Source of the DNA: Octopus bimaculoides
Taxonomy: Eukaryota
Length of the DNA stretch: 63,867 nt
NCBI RefSeq assembly: GCF_001194135.2
Contig: NC_068985.1
Location: forward strand, 113,063,443 to 113,127,309
Direction of reading: 5' to 3'
Shown: positions 37,091-49,935 of the stretch, one piece after another
Layout: every line of letters begins with the position of its first letter
Numbering within the stretch: position 1 is the stretch's first letter
Program-made: the position numbers and the translations under genes
Notes under the pieces: generated by a model
The model's database searches: none
The model's input: the letters and a program-made list of their open reading frames with translations, nothing else
Told to the model about the DNA's origin: nothing

Positions 37091-37819
37091 AAGTAACTAT
37101 ATATATATGTATGTATATATTGCCTATACTTGTTTGTATATGTATGTAGGCATATACCAACGTTTGTATGTTTAGTGTATGTATAGGTTTTTTGGTACTT
37201 GTATGTATAAGTAAATGTATATGTACTTTTTATGATGTTAGGTTTTTGTAAGGGAATATTTTTAATATAAACAGACATAAATTTTAATTTATTTTACCAT
37301 TAATTAATTTACCCTGGGTATAGAGGTCTTTTTTTTTCCTTCTATTAATGCTAATTTTTGATTTAAGATTTTCTTCGATTTTAAATTATATGATTTTAAA
37401 TCATAATTTTAATTTCATATAACCAGTTATTGAAAAGACCGTGAGTTGAAAGGTCCGATGAATCAAAACCAATTTCAAATGTGTATCTATCAATGTATTG
37501 TATATTTATACCTATAACTTTATTTTTTTGTTCCATTCTCAACCAAGTGTCCGACGAACCGGAACGTAAAACTCTGAGTAACAGTTTTTGTGATGTCTTT
37601 NNNNNNNNNNNNNNNNNNNNNNNNNNNNNNNNNNNNNNNNNNNNNNNNNNNNNNNNNNNNNNNNNNNNNNNNNNNNNNNNNNNNNNNNNNNNNNNNNNNN
37701 NNNNNNNNNNNNNNNNNNNNNNNNNNNNNNNNNNNNNNNNNNNNNNNNNNNNNNNNNNNNNNNNNNNNNNNNNNNNNNNNNNNNNNNNNNNNNNNNNNNN
37801 NNNNNNNNNNNNNNNNNNN

Positions 37820-38010
37820 NTGTGTGTGTGTGTGTGTTTGTGTTTGTGTTTTCGCCACCGCTTGGAAACTGGTGTGTGTTTACGCTCCCGTTGTTTAGCG
37901 GTTTGGCAAAAGTATACCGATAAAATAAGCACTGGAGTCGATTTGTTCGATTAAATCCTTGACGATTGTACCCCCAACATGACCGCAATCCAATGACTGG
38001 AACAAGTGAT
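37820..38010 (+). mobile_element. SINE family B, 3' half emerging from a gap
   Basis: gtgtttacgctcccg..tagcggtttggcaaaag..gagtcgatttgttcgattaaa..catgaccgcaatccaatgactggaacaag. Confidence 0.8.
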
Positions 38011-38084
38011 AGCTAAAAGAAACACACACTCACACTCTCACATATGAAAATTTACGAAGAATAAATCTATATATCAGAAAGTAC

Positions 38085-38485
38085 TAATAATCCTTTCTAC
38101 TATAGGCACAAGGCCTGGAATTTGTTGGGAGGAGACTAGCCGATTACATTGACCCCAGTGCTCAACTGGTACTTATTTTGTCGACTCCGAAAGATGAAGT
38201 CGACCCCTGATGCAATTTGAACTTAAAACATGAAGGCAGAAGAAATACCGCTAAGCATTTCGCTCGGTGTGCTAACAGTTGTTTGTTCCTTTATTGCCCA
38301 CAAGGGGCTAAACATAGAGGGGACAAACAAGGACAGACAAAGGGATTAAGTAGATTACATCGACCCCAGTGCGTAACTGGTACTTTATTTATCCATTCCG
38401 ATAGGATGAAAGGCAAAGTCGACCTCGGAAGAATTTGAACTCAGAACGTAACGCGAGCTAACAGTTCTGCCAGCTCGCCGCCTTA
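38085..38485 (-). mobile_element. Two tandem SINE family A copies
   Basis: Two cgattacat(c/t)gaccccagtg..actggtact blocks, ending cagctcgccgcctt. Confidence 0.88.
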
Positions 38486-39324
38486 AAGGAAGTACTAATG
38501 ATAAATATATAGAACCGGCGGAACAAAAATAAGAAGTAAAAAATTATTCCCACGTCATCGTATTCTCACCATCGACGTCGTCATCATCATTTCTGGATTA
38601 TCACGGTTTCACCGTTACCACACGCGAGACCTAATCGCATGGCTCTGTGGCGTCAAGAGATATTAGATACAGTTACGGAATTGATATAAAGAGGAAAGGA
38701 GAAACAATTGACATATTGTGTATGTGGGCATGTATGGATGTATGTATGTATGTATGTATGTATGTATGTATATATGTATGTATGTATGCATGTATGTATG
38801 TACGTACGTACGTACGTATGTATGTATGTATGTATGTTTGTATGTATGTATGTATGTATGTGAGCATGTGTTGGTATGTGTCTGCATATNNNNNNNNNNN
38901 NNNNNNNNNNNNNNNNNNNNNNNNNNNNNNNNNNNNNNNNNNNNNNNNNNNNNNNNNNNNNNNNNNNNNNNNNNNNNNNNNNNNNNNNNNNNNNNNNNNN
39001 NNNNNNNNNNNNNNNNNNNNNNNNNNNNNNNNNNNNNNNNNNNNNNNNNNNNNNNNNNNNNNNNNNNNNNNNNNNNNNNNNNNNNNNNNNNNNNNNNNNN
39101 NNNNNNNNNNNNNNNNNNNNNNNNNNNNNNNNNNNNNNNNNNNNNNNNNNNNNNNNNNNNNNNNNNNNNNNNNNNNNNNNNNNNNNNNNNNNNNNNNNNN
39201 NNNNNNNNNNNNNNNNNNNNNNNNNNNNNNNNNNNNNNNNNNNNNNNNNNNNNNNNNNNNNNNNNNNNNNNNNNNNNNNNNNNNNNNNNNNNNNNNNNNN
39301 NNNNNNNNNNNNNNNNNNNNNNNT

Positions 39325-39513
39325 TCAAGAGTATTTAGTGGAATGTATCGATCCCAGTTGGTGTTTTTTTTTAAAGCCTGGTACTTATTCTATTTCCCTT
39401 TTGTCAACCGGTAAGTTGCGGGGTTGTAAACACACCAGCACCGGTTGTCAAACAGTGGTGAGATACAAACACAGACACAAAGACACGCACGCACAACACA
39501 CACACACACACAC

Positions 39514-39554
<41 letters not shown>

Positions 39555-39730
39555 CACACGCACGCATAAACGACGAGCTTCTTTCAGTTTCCGTCTACTA
39601 TATCCATTAACAAGGCTTCGTTCGGCCCGTTTTATAGTAGAGGACACTTGTGCAAGGTACCAAGCTGCGAGACTGAACCCCGAACCATGTGTTTCGGAAG
39701 ACAGCTTCTTGCTACGCCACCACGCCTGCG
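39325..39730 (-). mobile_element. SINE family B, near full length, with internal (CA)n
   Basis: gatcccag..gcctggtacttattctat..(CA)n..cgacgagcttctttcagtttccgtctac..actgaaccc..gccaccacgcctgcgcct. Confidence 0.85.
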
Positions 39731-40577
39731 CCTATTTATGTATGTGTGTATCTATGTATACGCACACACAAACATGCAGACAGAAGGAGGGAGACAGAGT
39801 TGAGTGACAGTGACTGGCACAGATAAAACTCAAGGACAGAAAGAAAAATGTGCAGTAAAGTCTTAGTGGACAAATAAAAGCATTTGTTTTTGAGATAAAA
39901 TAAAATTAAACACTGCAAGATAATAGTGCAACAAGAACGATGCTAAAAGGGCAAGAGAGAAAGAATAAAGTGCTCGGGCGAAATACGAAAGCAAACAACA
40001 GACAGACGAGAAATTTTATTGGCTAAGAGAATCGCTGGAAAAAAGATGAGAGATCGGAGTGGAAACTGGAAGTTGCATATTGAGAACGGAAAAAAGAAGA
40101 GTAATGAGGAAAGGAATGAAAGAAGAAAATTGAAAGTGAAAGAGGAGAGAGAGTGAAAGTAAGGTGAGAGAAAAGGGAAAGAAAAAGAAAGAAAGAAAGA
40201 AGTGAGAGAGAGCGACAAATACAGAGAAATGGAGAATGGTGGGAAATTTGCATACAGCAACGGTACGTAAGAGAATACGACTGTGTGCGCGAAGGTCGTA
40301 AGTGGAAGGAATAAAACGCGTATGACGAAATGTGTAACAGATGGAGCAAACGGAATGAATACACGAAACATTTCACTCTTCAGCTTTCGATGTACGAAAC
40401 AGAATAGCATAACTTTAGTGCCATCAACAGCCATGGGTTACAGTTGTTAGGGAATACAGGGATTAGAGACGAGAGACAAAAGACAAAATATGTATTTAAT
40501 CTAAGCGACTGAGGCATAGAAACCACAACTTTAGTTAAAACATAGCGATGCGCCGGATAGAAAGAGAATTATACATA

Positions 40578-40815
40578 TGCTCTTTACTCTTTTACTCTTT
40601 TACTTGTTTCAGTCATTTGACTGTGGCCATGCTGGAGCACCGCCTTTAGTCGAGCAAATCGACCCCAAGACTTAATCTTTGTAAGCCTAGTCAGTACTCA
40701 TTCTATCGGTGTCTTTTGCCGAACCGCTAAGTTACGGGAAGGTAGACACACCAGCGTCGGTTGTCAAGCGATGTTGGGGGGACAAACACAGACACACAAA
40801 CATATACACATATAC

Positions 40816-40867
<52 letters not shown>

Positions 40868-40886
40868 GCATATATATATATATATA
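40578..40886 (-). mobile_element. SINE family B, 3' half ending at a gap
   Basis: (ctttta)n tail, tgactgtggccatgctggagcaccgcctttagtcgagc, gccgaaccgctaagttacggg, then (CA)n(TA)n. Confidence 0.9.
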
Positions 40887-41796
40887 NNNNNNNNNNNNNN
40901 NNNNNNNNNNNNNNNNNNNNNNNNNNNNNNNNNNNNNNNNNNNNNNNNNNNNNNNNNNNNNNNNNNNNNNNNNNNNNNNNNNNNNNNNNNNNNNNNNNNN
41001 NNNNNNNNNNNNNNNNNNNNNNNNNNNNNNNNNNNNNNNNNNNNNNNNNNNNNNNNNNNNNNNNNNNNNNNNNNNNNNNNNNNNNNNNNNNNNNNNNNNN
41101 NNNNNNNNNNNNNNNNNNNNNNNNNNNNNNNNNNNNNNNNNNNNNNNNNNNNNNNNNNNNNNNNNNNNNNNNNNNNNNNNNNNNNNNNNNNNNNNNNNNN
41201 NNNNNNNNNNNNNNNNNNNNNNNNNNNNNNNNNNNNNNNNNNNNNNNNNNNNNNNNNNNNNNNNNNNNNNNNNNNNNNNNNNNNNNNNNNNNNNNNNNNN
41301 NNNNNNNNNNNNNNNNNNNNNNNNNNNNNNNNNNNNNNNNNNNNNNNNNNNNNNNNNNNNNNNNNNNNNNNNNNNNNNNNNNNNNNNNNNNNNNNNNNNN
41401 NNNNNNNNNNNNNNNNNNNNNNNNNNNNNNNNNNNNNNNNNNNNNNNNNNNNNNNNNNNNNNNNNNNNNNNNNNNNNNNNNNNNNNNNNNNNNNNNNNNN
41501 NNNNNNNNNNNNNNNNNNNNNNNNNNNNNNNNNNNNNNNNNNNNNNNNNNNNNNNNNNNNNNNNNNNNNNNNNNNNNNNNNNNNNNNNNNNNNCAGAGTT
41601 TTCATTCTCCTAGATGGGCTACTCTTACCATGGCTAAGGAGCCCCATCTTCCCCATACATATATATAAATAGATAAAAAAGTAAAAATATATGAGATTTA
41701 AGAATATATGATATATAAAAGCAATATATACATATGTACACACCTTTTTGTTGGATGACCGGTGACTACTAATGAGTTCCTCCGCCCTTTGACTTG

Positions 41797-41835
<39 letters not shown>

Positions 41836-41842
41836 GCATTGT

Positions 41843-42560
41843 GAAGCATTGCGAGCGCAGGAAGTGAGCCATGGATCGGAACAAGTATTAATCGGAGGGA
41901 GATATTTTTTCGATAATTCTAACGTTCATTAGCAGTGGTTAAGCAAGGTCCAGCCTCCGGAACCGGTCTCCAAGCATGGGCGTTTCGAACACAAGGTAAT
42001 GATCTACGGCTGGTGGAATTATAAGAGGATAATTCACTACAAGTTCGTTCCGGACGGTCGAACCATCGATACCAACCTGTACTCTCCGAAAAGCTGGAGC
42101 GGATGTATGCCATTGTGTAGCAAAAATACCCGGCATTGGTTAACAGAAAGCGAACTCTTCTGCAGCAAGACAACGCAAGACTTCATACAGCTCGAACGAC
42201 TCAGGATTACGTCCAGGAACTTGAGGGAATCGAACTGGTGCCATACGCAGTATATAGTGCAAACCTATCCCCACAGGTAACTACTTGTTCCGCTCCATGG
42301 CTCACTTCCTGCGCTTGCAATGCTTCGTTAACCAAGAGGAGGTGGAAGCTTCAATGAAAGAATTCTACGCCTCGAAGGACAAGAACTGGTATCAGGGGGG
42401 GGGTATCAAAGAAATAGCAGAAAGGTGGCTTCAGACGGTGCAACACGGAGGCCTCTATTTTTGTTGAAACTTGACGAATAAAGCCAATAAGTTATCAAAA
42501 TATTGCGAAACTTCTGACTCAACACAACAGTTAACTTTCTGCATGCCACACATATTTTGA
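41843..42560 (+). mobile_element. Mariner transposase C-terminal pseudogene with an inverted 45-bp internal fragment at its left junction
   Basis: KVMIYGWWNYKRIIHYKFVPDGRTIDTNLY..LVNRKRTLLQQDNARLHTARTT..YSANLSP..YYLFRSMAHFL..EEVEASMKEFYASKDKNWYQ.GIKEIAERWLQTVQHGGLYF. 41843-41887 is the reverse complement of 42282-42326 at 43/45. Confidence 0.9.
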
Positions 42561-42716
42561 ATGATGTTCTCTGTGAATATCAATGTAATACACACATCTC
42601 TAGTTCTTGACCTTTATTTTGAAATGTGTGTGTGTGTGTGTGCGTGTGTGTGTGTGTAATTTTGTCTGTGTTTGCAATTCTACAACACATGCGCATGTCT
42701 ATACGTATACATGTGC

Positions 42717-42750
<34 letters not shown>

Positions 42751-44029
42751 ATGGTCATATAAACATATATAGATATCAACACATTTCAAATTTTAAAGGA
42801 GCACACACGCACACACATACATACACACGCTTACACACATGAAGGTATATGCGTGTTGGCATATAAAGCTCCATACCTACATGAATATGTACGTGTATGA
42901 TCATATAGAACACATATCACTCCTCCATTTATATATATATATATATATNNNNNNNNNNNNNNNNNNNNNNNNNNNNNNNNNNNNNNNNNNNNNNNNNNNN
43001 NNNNNNNNNNNNNNNNNNNNNNNNNNNNNNNNNNNNNNNNNNNNNNNNNNNNNNNNNNNNNNNNNNNNNNNNNNNNNNNNNNNNNNNNNNNNNNNNNNNN
43101 NNNNNNNNNNNNNNNNNNNNNNNNNNNNNNNNNNNNNNNNNNNNNNNNNNNNNNNNNNNNNNNNNNNNNNNNNNNNNNNNNNNNNNNNNNNNNNNNNNNN
43201 NNNNNNNNNNNNNNNNNNNNNNNNNNNNNNNNNNNNNNNNNNNNNNNNNNNNNNNNNNNNNNNNNNNNNNNNNNNNNNNNNNNNNNNNNNNNNNNNNNNN
43301 NNNNNNNNNNNNNNNNNNNNNNNNNNNNNNNNNNNNNNNNNNNNNNNNNNNNNNNNNNNNNNNNNNNNNNNNNNNNNNNNNNNNNNNNNNNNNNNNNNNN
43401 NNNNNNNNNNNNNNNNNNNNNNNNNNNNNNNNNNNNNNNNNNNNNNNNNNNNNNNNNNNNNNNNNNNNNNNNNNNNNNNNNNNNNNNNNNNNNNNNNNNN
43501 NNNNNNNNNNNNNNNNNNNNNNNNNNNNNNNNNNNNNNNNNNNNNNNNNNNNNNNNNNNNNNNNNNNNNNNNNNNNNNNNNNNNNNNNNNNNNNNNNNNN
43601 NNNNNNNNNNNNNNNNNNNNNNNNNNNNNNNNGAAGTGAGATGTCACTACTGTTCATATCATCTGTGGATAAATTCAAAATCTGATGATATCACCAGTAG
43701 TAGCATTGGTGGAGCGCAGTTATGATAGCTTTAAGGAGCTATGAAATATCGTAATGATGCTTAATGAGCATCTACCTGCTAGAAATAAGAGCCAAGTCTT
43801 AAGTAATCCACCGTAGCGCACCAATATAACAGAGAAAAACAGTATGCGAGGAAAACAGACCGAATTATATATATATATATATATCAGTATTTTCTCCCTA
43901 CAGCTTTCCACATATTCGCTATATTTTTTCCCCCTGTTCCGTTGTTGCCATTAATTAGATTCTTCAAATAACAGATTCTTACCGTTTCCTTCTTCTCTAC
44001 CTTCAGCCTCAGCCTCACCCTTTCCCCGT

Positions 44030-44191
44030 CCCCTCGCACTGTCACAACCACACAACGACTATTTATTTATTTTCTGTTTGCCTTCTTTGTTTTCTGTGTT
44101 TATTCTCTTCTTTTTTTTTGCTTTCTTTTTACTATATTTATTTATTTATTCATACATTTCTATCTTGCCTTTCTACATATCTCTTGCGTTT

Positions 44192-44266
<75 letters not shown>

Positions 44267-45258
44267 GTCTTTCACTCTCCCCCTTTTATTCTATCACTCT
44301 CTCTCTTCTTTTCCCTCTTTGTCTCTCTCTCTTTCCCTTTCTACCTCTGCCTCTTTCTGCTACTCTCTTTCTTCTTTCTAGATTTCTCTTTTTCTCACGC
44401 TGTCTCTCTCTATTTCATACTCTTCCACGCTGTCTCTCACTCTCTCTTACTGTCTCGTTCTTTACCTCTCTACCTCTCTGTCTTTTCCTCTCTCTCTCTC
44501 TACTTCTCTCTCTTTCTCTCTGTCACACTCTTCCCTCTCTCACCTCATATTCGCTGTCACTCTCTACATCTTCGATGTCTCTCTCTCTTTCCCCCCTCTC
44601 TCTCTCTCCCACCCTCTCACTATCTCTGTTTCTGTCTCTCTCTTTCCCTCTCTCTCTTTCTCTCCCTCTGTCTCCTCTCTCTGTAATTGTGTCTTTTTTT
44701 CTCTTTCTTTTGCTTCAGCAATGTGATAATATGATTTCTTCTTCTTCTTCTTCTTCTTCTTCTTCTTCTTCTTCTTCTTCTTCTTCTTCTTCTTTTTCTT
44801 TTTCTTCTTCTTCTTCTTCTTCTTCTTCTTCTTCTTCTTCTTCTTCTTCCTCCTCCTCCTCCTTCTTCTCTTCCTCCTCCTCCTTCTTCCTTTCTTCCTT
44901 CCTTCCTTCCTTCCTCCACCTCCTTCTCCTCTACCTTCCAGCTCTTCCCTCTTTTACCATTTTCCCTCTATTTCGTTTAATAAGTTCTTCCTATTCCCCC
45001 GCAACTCCTTTTTTTTATTGCATTTTGTTTTTCGTCTTTTTGTCTTCTCTTTTAGATTTGCTTTGATCCTTTTATGCCTCCTTTTCTCTCTCTCCCCTGT
45101 CTCAGTCAACCTGTCTGTCTGTCCGTCTGTCCATCTGCCCCCCCTTCTCTCCCCCCTTCTCTCCCCTCCTTCTCCCCCTCTCTCTCTTCTTCCCTCACTC
45201 CCTCTTTCTATCTGTAACAAGCTCGACCTTCTATCAGTCAACGCTCCTATTTTCCTAT

Positions 45259-45297
<39 letters not shown>

Positions 45298-45350
45298 TTC
45301 TCTCTTACTCAAGCTCTCTCTCTATCTCTCTCTCTCCCTCTCTCTCCATT
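44030..45350 (+). repeat. Pyrimidine-rich tract of about 1.3 kb: (CT)n, (TTC)n, (TCC)n
   Basis: Direct reading. Confidence 0.9.
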
Positions 45351-45702
45351 TTCACCAATCTCTTCCATCTTACCAACCAACGCACAAATCCCGCTAGCCA
45401 TCTCGCCAGCCAATATGTCAGTTCTACTCTATAACAGTTGTTTCACATAAATACTAGATAAAAAAAAAGAAGCAAAAACAACACGTACAGCCTATAGCTT
45501 CTCTATCGATTGATTTCTCTCAATGAAGGCTCATGCAATCAGGTGAACTTTTAACCAACATTTGTACCATCCTTTGGCTCTAGTACCGCATAACATTCTC
45601 TACATTTACTGTCTCAGAATACTCTCATCTTTTTTACTACCAAATTTGTTTCCCCTCCGCGCAAAAATACTCCTATACCAACTTCACAGTCCTTTTATAA
45701 AA

Positions 45703-45851
45703 GTGGTGAGTAGGCTGCGAGCTTGCAGAATCGTTAGCACGCTGGACGAAATGCTTAGTAGTATTTCGTCTGCCGCTACATTCTGAGTTCAAATTCCGCC
45801 GAGGTCGACGTTGCTTTTCATCCTTTCGGGATCGAATAAATAAGTACCAGA
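45703..45851 (+). mobile_element. SINE family A, 3'-truncated
   Basis: ggctgcgagcttgcagaatcgttagcacg..catcctttcgggatcgaataaataagtaccag. Confidence 0.88.
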
Positions 45852-46050
45852 TACGCACAAGAAGGAGTACGGCTGGACATTTATTTTTTAATCGCTACAA
45901 TTGTTTATACGCAACGTAGTTCTCCAGAGGCGCAGGTACTTGATTGTGCAACCGCTTCCCTGCATTGTGTGATCTAGTTCTGCTTCCTCACGCGATTGTC
46001 TCCGTAAGTTCAAATTCTCGGCTTCAAGAACATCCTTTCTGTCTGACGTA
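45852..46050 (-). mobile_element. Possible mariner C-terminal/right-end relic
   Basis: Minus strand with frameshifts reads KDVL.GREFE..E.I and KR..KYLRL.G.YV, like the ..KCL...GDYVEK* terminus. A short AT-rich end terminates at TA. Confidence 0.3.
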
Positions 46051-46244
46051 TCTTGAATTTAGTAGTAGTCACTGAGTTTATCAAGACGTGTTGTTACTGA
46101 AGGACCGTTGACAAACTGCTTTGAATGTGAAAATGTAGTGGGATAGTGGTTCTGCTGCGGTTAAAGTGGTTGCCGTTTTAAAGGGATTGGCATTTGACTT
46201 CTGCTCAAGAACCAATGCATGAAAAAAAAATCATATACAAATGC

Positions 46245-46680
46245 ACAGGAGTGGCTGTGTGGTAAGTAGCTTGCTTACCAACCACATGGTTCTGGGTTCA
46301 TTCCCACTGCGTGGCATCTTGAGCAAGTGTCTTCTACTATAGTCTCGGGACGAGCAAAACCTTGTGAGTGGATTTGGTAGACGGAAAACTGAAAGAAGCC
46401 CGTCGTATATATGTATATGTATATGTGTATGTATATGTTTGTGTGTGTGTGTTTGTCCCCCGCCCCCCAACATCGCTTGACAACCGATGCTGGTGTGTTT
46501 ACGTCCCCGTAACCTAGCGGTTCGGCAAAAGACACCGATAGAGTGTCTAAGCTCTATCGGTGTCTAAAGTACTAAGCTTCCAAAGATTAAGTCCTGGAGT
46601 CGATTTGCTCGACTAAAGGCGGTGCTCCAGCATGGCCACAGTCAAATGACTGAAACAAGTAAAAGGGTAAAAGAGAGAGA
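46245..46680 (+). mobile_element. SINE family B, full length (reference copy)
   Basis: tRNA-like head caggagtggctgtgtggtaag..gggttcattccc, CORE-like ggcatcttgagcaagtgtcttc, internal (TA/TG)n, cggttcggcaaaaga..gtcgatttgctcgactaaaggcggtgctccagcatggccacagtc, and a gtaaaag tail. Confidence 0.92.
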
Positions 46681-47305
46681 GAGTATCACCACACCACAAC
46701 ATAAATACACATTCACAGGAGCCTCCCAAATTCAATTGAAGGTCTGTTATCGCAATTATATCTCCTCATTCCGAAAGATAAGCCGGCGACATGCAACATC
46801 ACTAGCGGACCTAATATGCGGATTAAAAGAACGAAGAATAAAATAGAATGGTCAATAACAAAAAAAATGCACACTCATATAATACACCATCCCGTGTATG
46901 TGACCCGTGCCTTGAGGAAACCTTGTGTATCCTGTTAAGTAACGAAAAATTGGTAAGCAAGCATGCTGAGAAAAATACCAAGATGTTGCGACCGCGCCTG
47001 ATATGCATTTCAAGATTCAATACAGTGAAATAGTAATCATAATTCAGTCAACTCTCTGCCTCTCCCCTTACCCCTCTATCCATGTGTGCGTGTGTCGGGT
47101 TGTATTTCTTAATATACGTATGCATGTCTATCCGCGTGTTTAGCATGCATGAATGTACGTATCTACATAAGTATGTGTGTGTGTTTACACACACGAGCAT
47201 CTGTGTATGTATATGCGTGCGTGTGTATGCATGTACATATATTTGTATATGTGTAATGTATGTGAGTGCGCGTACATATCCATATATGTGCACGCGCGTG
47301 TATAT

Positions 47306-47368
<63 letters not shown>

Positions 47369-48289
47369 NNNNNNNNNNNNNNNNNNNNNNNNNNNNNNNN
47401 NNNNNNNNNNNNNNNNNNNNNNNNNNNNNNNNNNNNNNNNNNNNNNNNNNNNNNNNNNNNNNNNNNNNNNNNNNNNNNNNNNNNNNNNNNNNNNNNNNNN
47501 NNNNNNNNNNNNNNNNNNNNNNNNNNNNNNNNNNNNNNNNNNNNNNNNNNNNNNNNNNNNNNNNNNNNNNNNNNNNNNNNNNNNNNNNNNNNNNNNNNNN
47601 NNNNNNNNNNNNNNNNNNNNNNNNNNNNNNNNNNNNNNNNNNNNNNNNNNNNNNNNNNNNNNNNNNNNNNNNNNNNNNNNNNNNNNNNNNNNNNNNNNNN
47701 NNNNNNNNNNNNNNNNNNNNNNNNNNNNNNNNNNNNNNNNNNNNNNNNNNNNNNNNNNNNNNNNNNNNNNNNNNNNNNNNNNNNNNNNNNNNNNNNNNNN
47801 NNNNNNNNNNNNNNNNNNNNNNNNNNNNNNNNNNNNNNNNNNNNNNNNNNNNNNNNNNNNNNNNNNNNNNNNNNNNNNNNNNNNNNNNNNNNNNNNNNNN
47901 NNNNNNNNNNNNNNNNNNNNNNNNNNNNNNNNNNNNNNNNNNNNNNNNNNNNNNNNNNNNNNNNNNNNNNNNNNNNNNNNNNNNNNNNNNNNNNNNNNNN
48001 NNNNNNNNNNNNNNNNNNNNNNNNNNNNNNNNNNNNNNNNNNNNNNNNNNNNNNNNNNNNNNNNNNNNNNNNNNNNNNNNNNNNNNNNNNNNNNNNNNNN
48101 NNNNNNNNNNNNNNNNNNNNNNNNNNNNNNNNNNNNNNNNNNNNNNNNNNNNNNNNNNNNNNNNNNNNNNNNNNNNNNNNNNNNNNNNNNNNNNNNNNNN
48201 NNNNNNNNNNNNNNNNNNNNNNNNNNNNNNNNNNNNNNNNNNNNNNNNNNNNNNNNNNNNNNNNNNNNNNNNNNNNNNNNNNNNNNATA

Positions 48290-48760
48290 AGTGAGTATAT
48301 GCATATATACGTACAGGTGTGCGCATACCTACGTCTACCTGTATATATAGGTGCTTATCTGGGTACAGGACATTGCAAACAAAACTTAGAGAAAAAAATG
48401 ATAATAACCAGAGTACAGAACACACACAGGCCACATAGAGAACATTTTCCTTCATCAGCTACCCCCATTCTAACACAGACGTTTCGAAGAGTAGGGCAGG
48501 ACGCATCGTTAAAATGGCTCTTCCCACGGACCACAAATTAAATTTATATTCACAAATTAAACTTGTACCATGGACAGAAAACAAGACAGGAAAACAAACG
48601 GAAAACAAGACAGGAAAAACAAGACAGGAAAACAAACAGGAAAACAAGACAGGAAAACAAACGGAAAAGAAAACAAGACAGGAAAACAAACGGAAAAGGC
48701 TATACGGCCAGACGTAAAAAATTATGTGTATGTCGAACGCTGTGAAGCAACGAACTGGAA
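48290..48760 (+). repeat. Unclassified repeat (possibly a PLE terminus) containing an A-rich minisatellite at 48577-48698
   Basis: Alternating gaaaacaagacag / gaaaacaaacg subunits (24-bp dimer). The 5' part is shared with 20250-20340. Confidence 0.6.
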
Positions 48761-49341
48761 GCGGGTGTGTGTGTGCGTATGTGTATGTGTATGTGTCCGA
48801 GCGTTTGTACGTATATGGATGCATATGTGAACCATAATTGTATGTGTACGTATAGGCCGAATTTTAAAGGGCAGTTAAGGACAATCGCATGTGTAACCGA
48901 CCATGTAGAACAAATCAAGAGTACAACCACAGCACAACCACACTTAACAGTAGCAGAATCACCTGTTGACTCTAATCTTTTCAATCTTTCCCCCTTTCCT
49001 TTCTCTCACCCTCTCACTCTTATTCTAGCCGTTCTACTTACTCCTTTTCTCTCTCTCTCTCGCTCTCAAACTCTCTCTCCTTTGCTGTCTTCCTCCTCTA
49101 CCTGCTGCTGTCACCTGAACCGTGGCCATTTCGCCTTTTACTTCCTTTCTTACNNNNNNNNNNNNNNNNNNNNNNNNNNNNNNNNNNNNNNNNNNNNNNN
49201 NNNNNNNNNNNNNNNNNNNNNNNNNNNNNNNNNNNNNNNNNNNNNNNNNNNNNNNNNNNNNNNNNNNNNNNNNNNNNNNNNNNNNNNNNNNNNNNNNNNN
49301 NNNNNNNNNNNNNNNNNNNNNNNNNNNNNNNNNNNNNNNNN

Positions 49342-49381
<40 letters not shown>

Positions 49382-49864
49382 CTCAAACTCTCTCTCCTTT
49401 GCTGTCTTCCTCCTCTACCTGCTGCTGTCACCTGAACCGTGGCCATTTCGCCTTTTACTTCCTTTCTTACGCTGGTCCCGTAGCTGACCAGTCGCAAATT
49501 CTCCGCCTCTCCGTTCTCCATCCTTCCAGACATTTTCTAAGCGTTACCCGCTATTCTCGTCTCCTTGGCCCCATGCCGTATTTTGTTCGACTTGCTCATC
49601 CTTGTCATCCGTCCTTAATCACACTCTGTATCGTTCTGCTTGTTTTGTTTTGTTTTGTTTGCTCTCGTCCCTAATTCACCGAAAGAAAACTTTTTGCAGG
49701 CACCGCAAATTGGAAAGTACTCAGGCTTATCATTAAAAGTGTAAAACCAAATATTACCGATTGGTTGGTAACTGATGAAGAATTACGGATCTTCTGTTTG
49801 TCCCCCCCCCCACACCTTCATTTTTACATTCAGTATACACTATGTCGTTTATTTNNNNNNNNNN

Positions 49865-49928
<64 letters not shown>

Positions 49929-49935
49929 TGTGTGT

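Noticed and set aside
48440-48500. Permuted (type II) hammerhead from gaaacgtc and ctgatga on the minus strand
   Set aside because: Stem I does not pair and the stem II closing pair is not G-C.
49046-49470. Identical segment of about 105 bp on both sides of the 49154-49341 gap
   Set aside because: An exact duplication flanking a gap is the typical signature of unmerged overlapping contigs, so it is treated as an assembly artefact.
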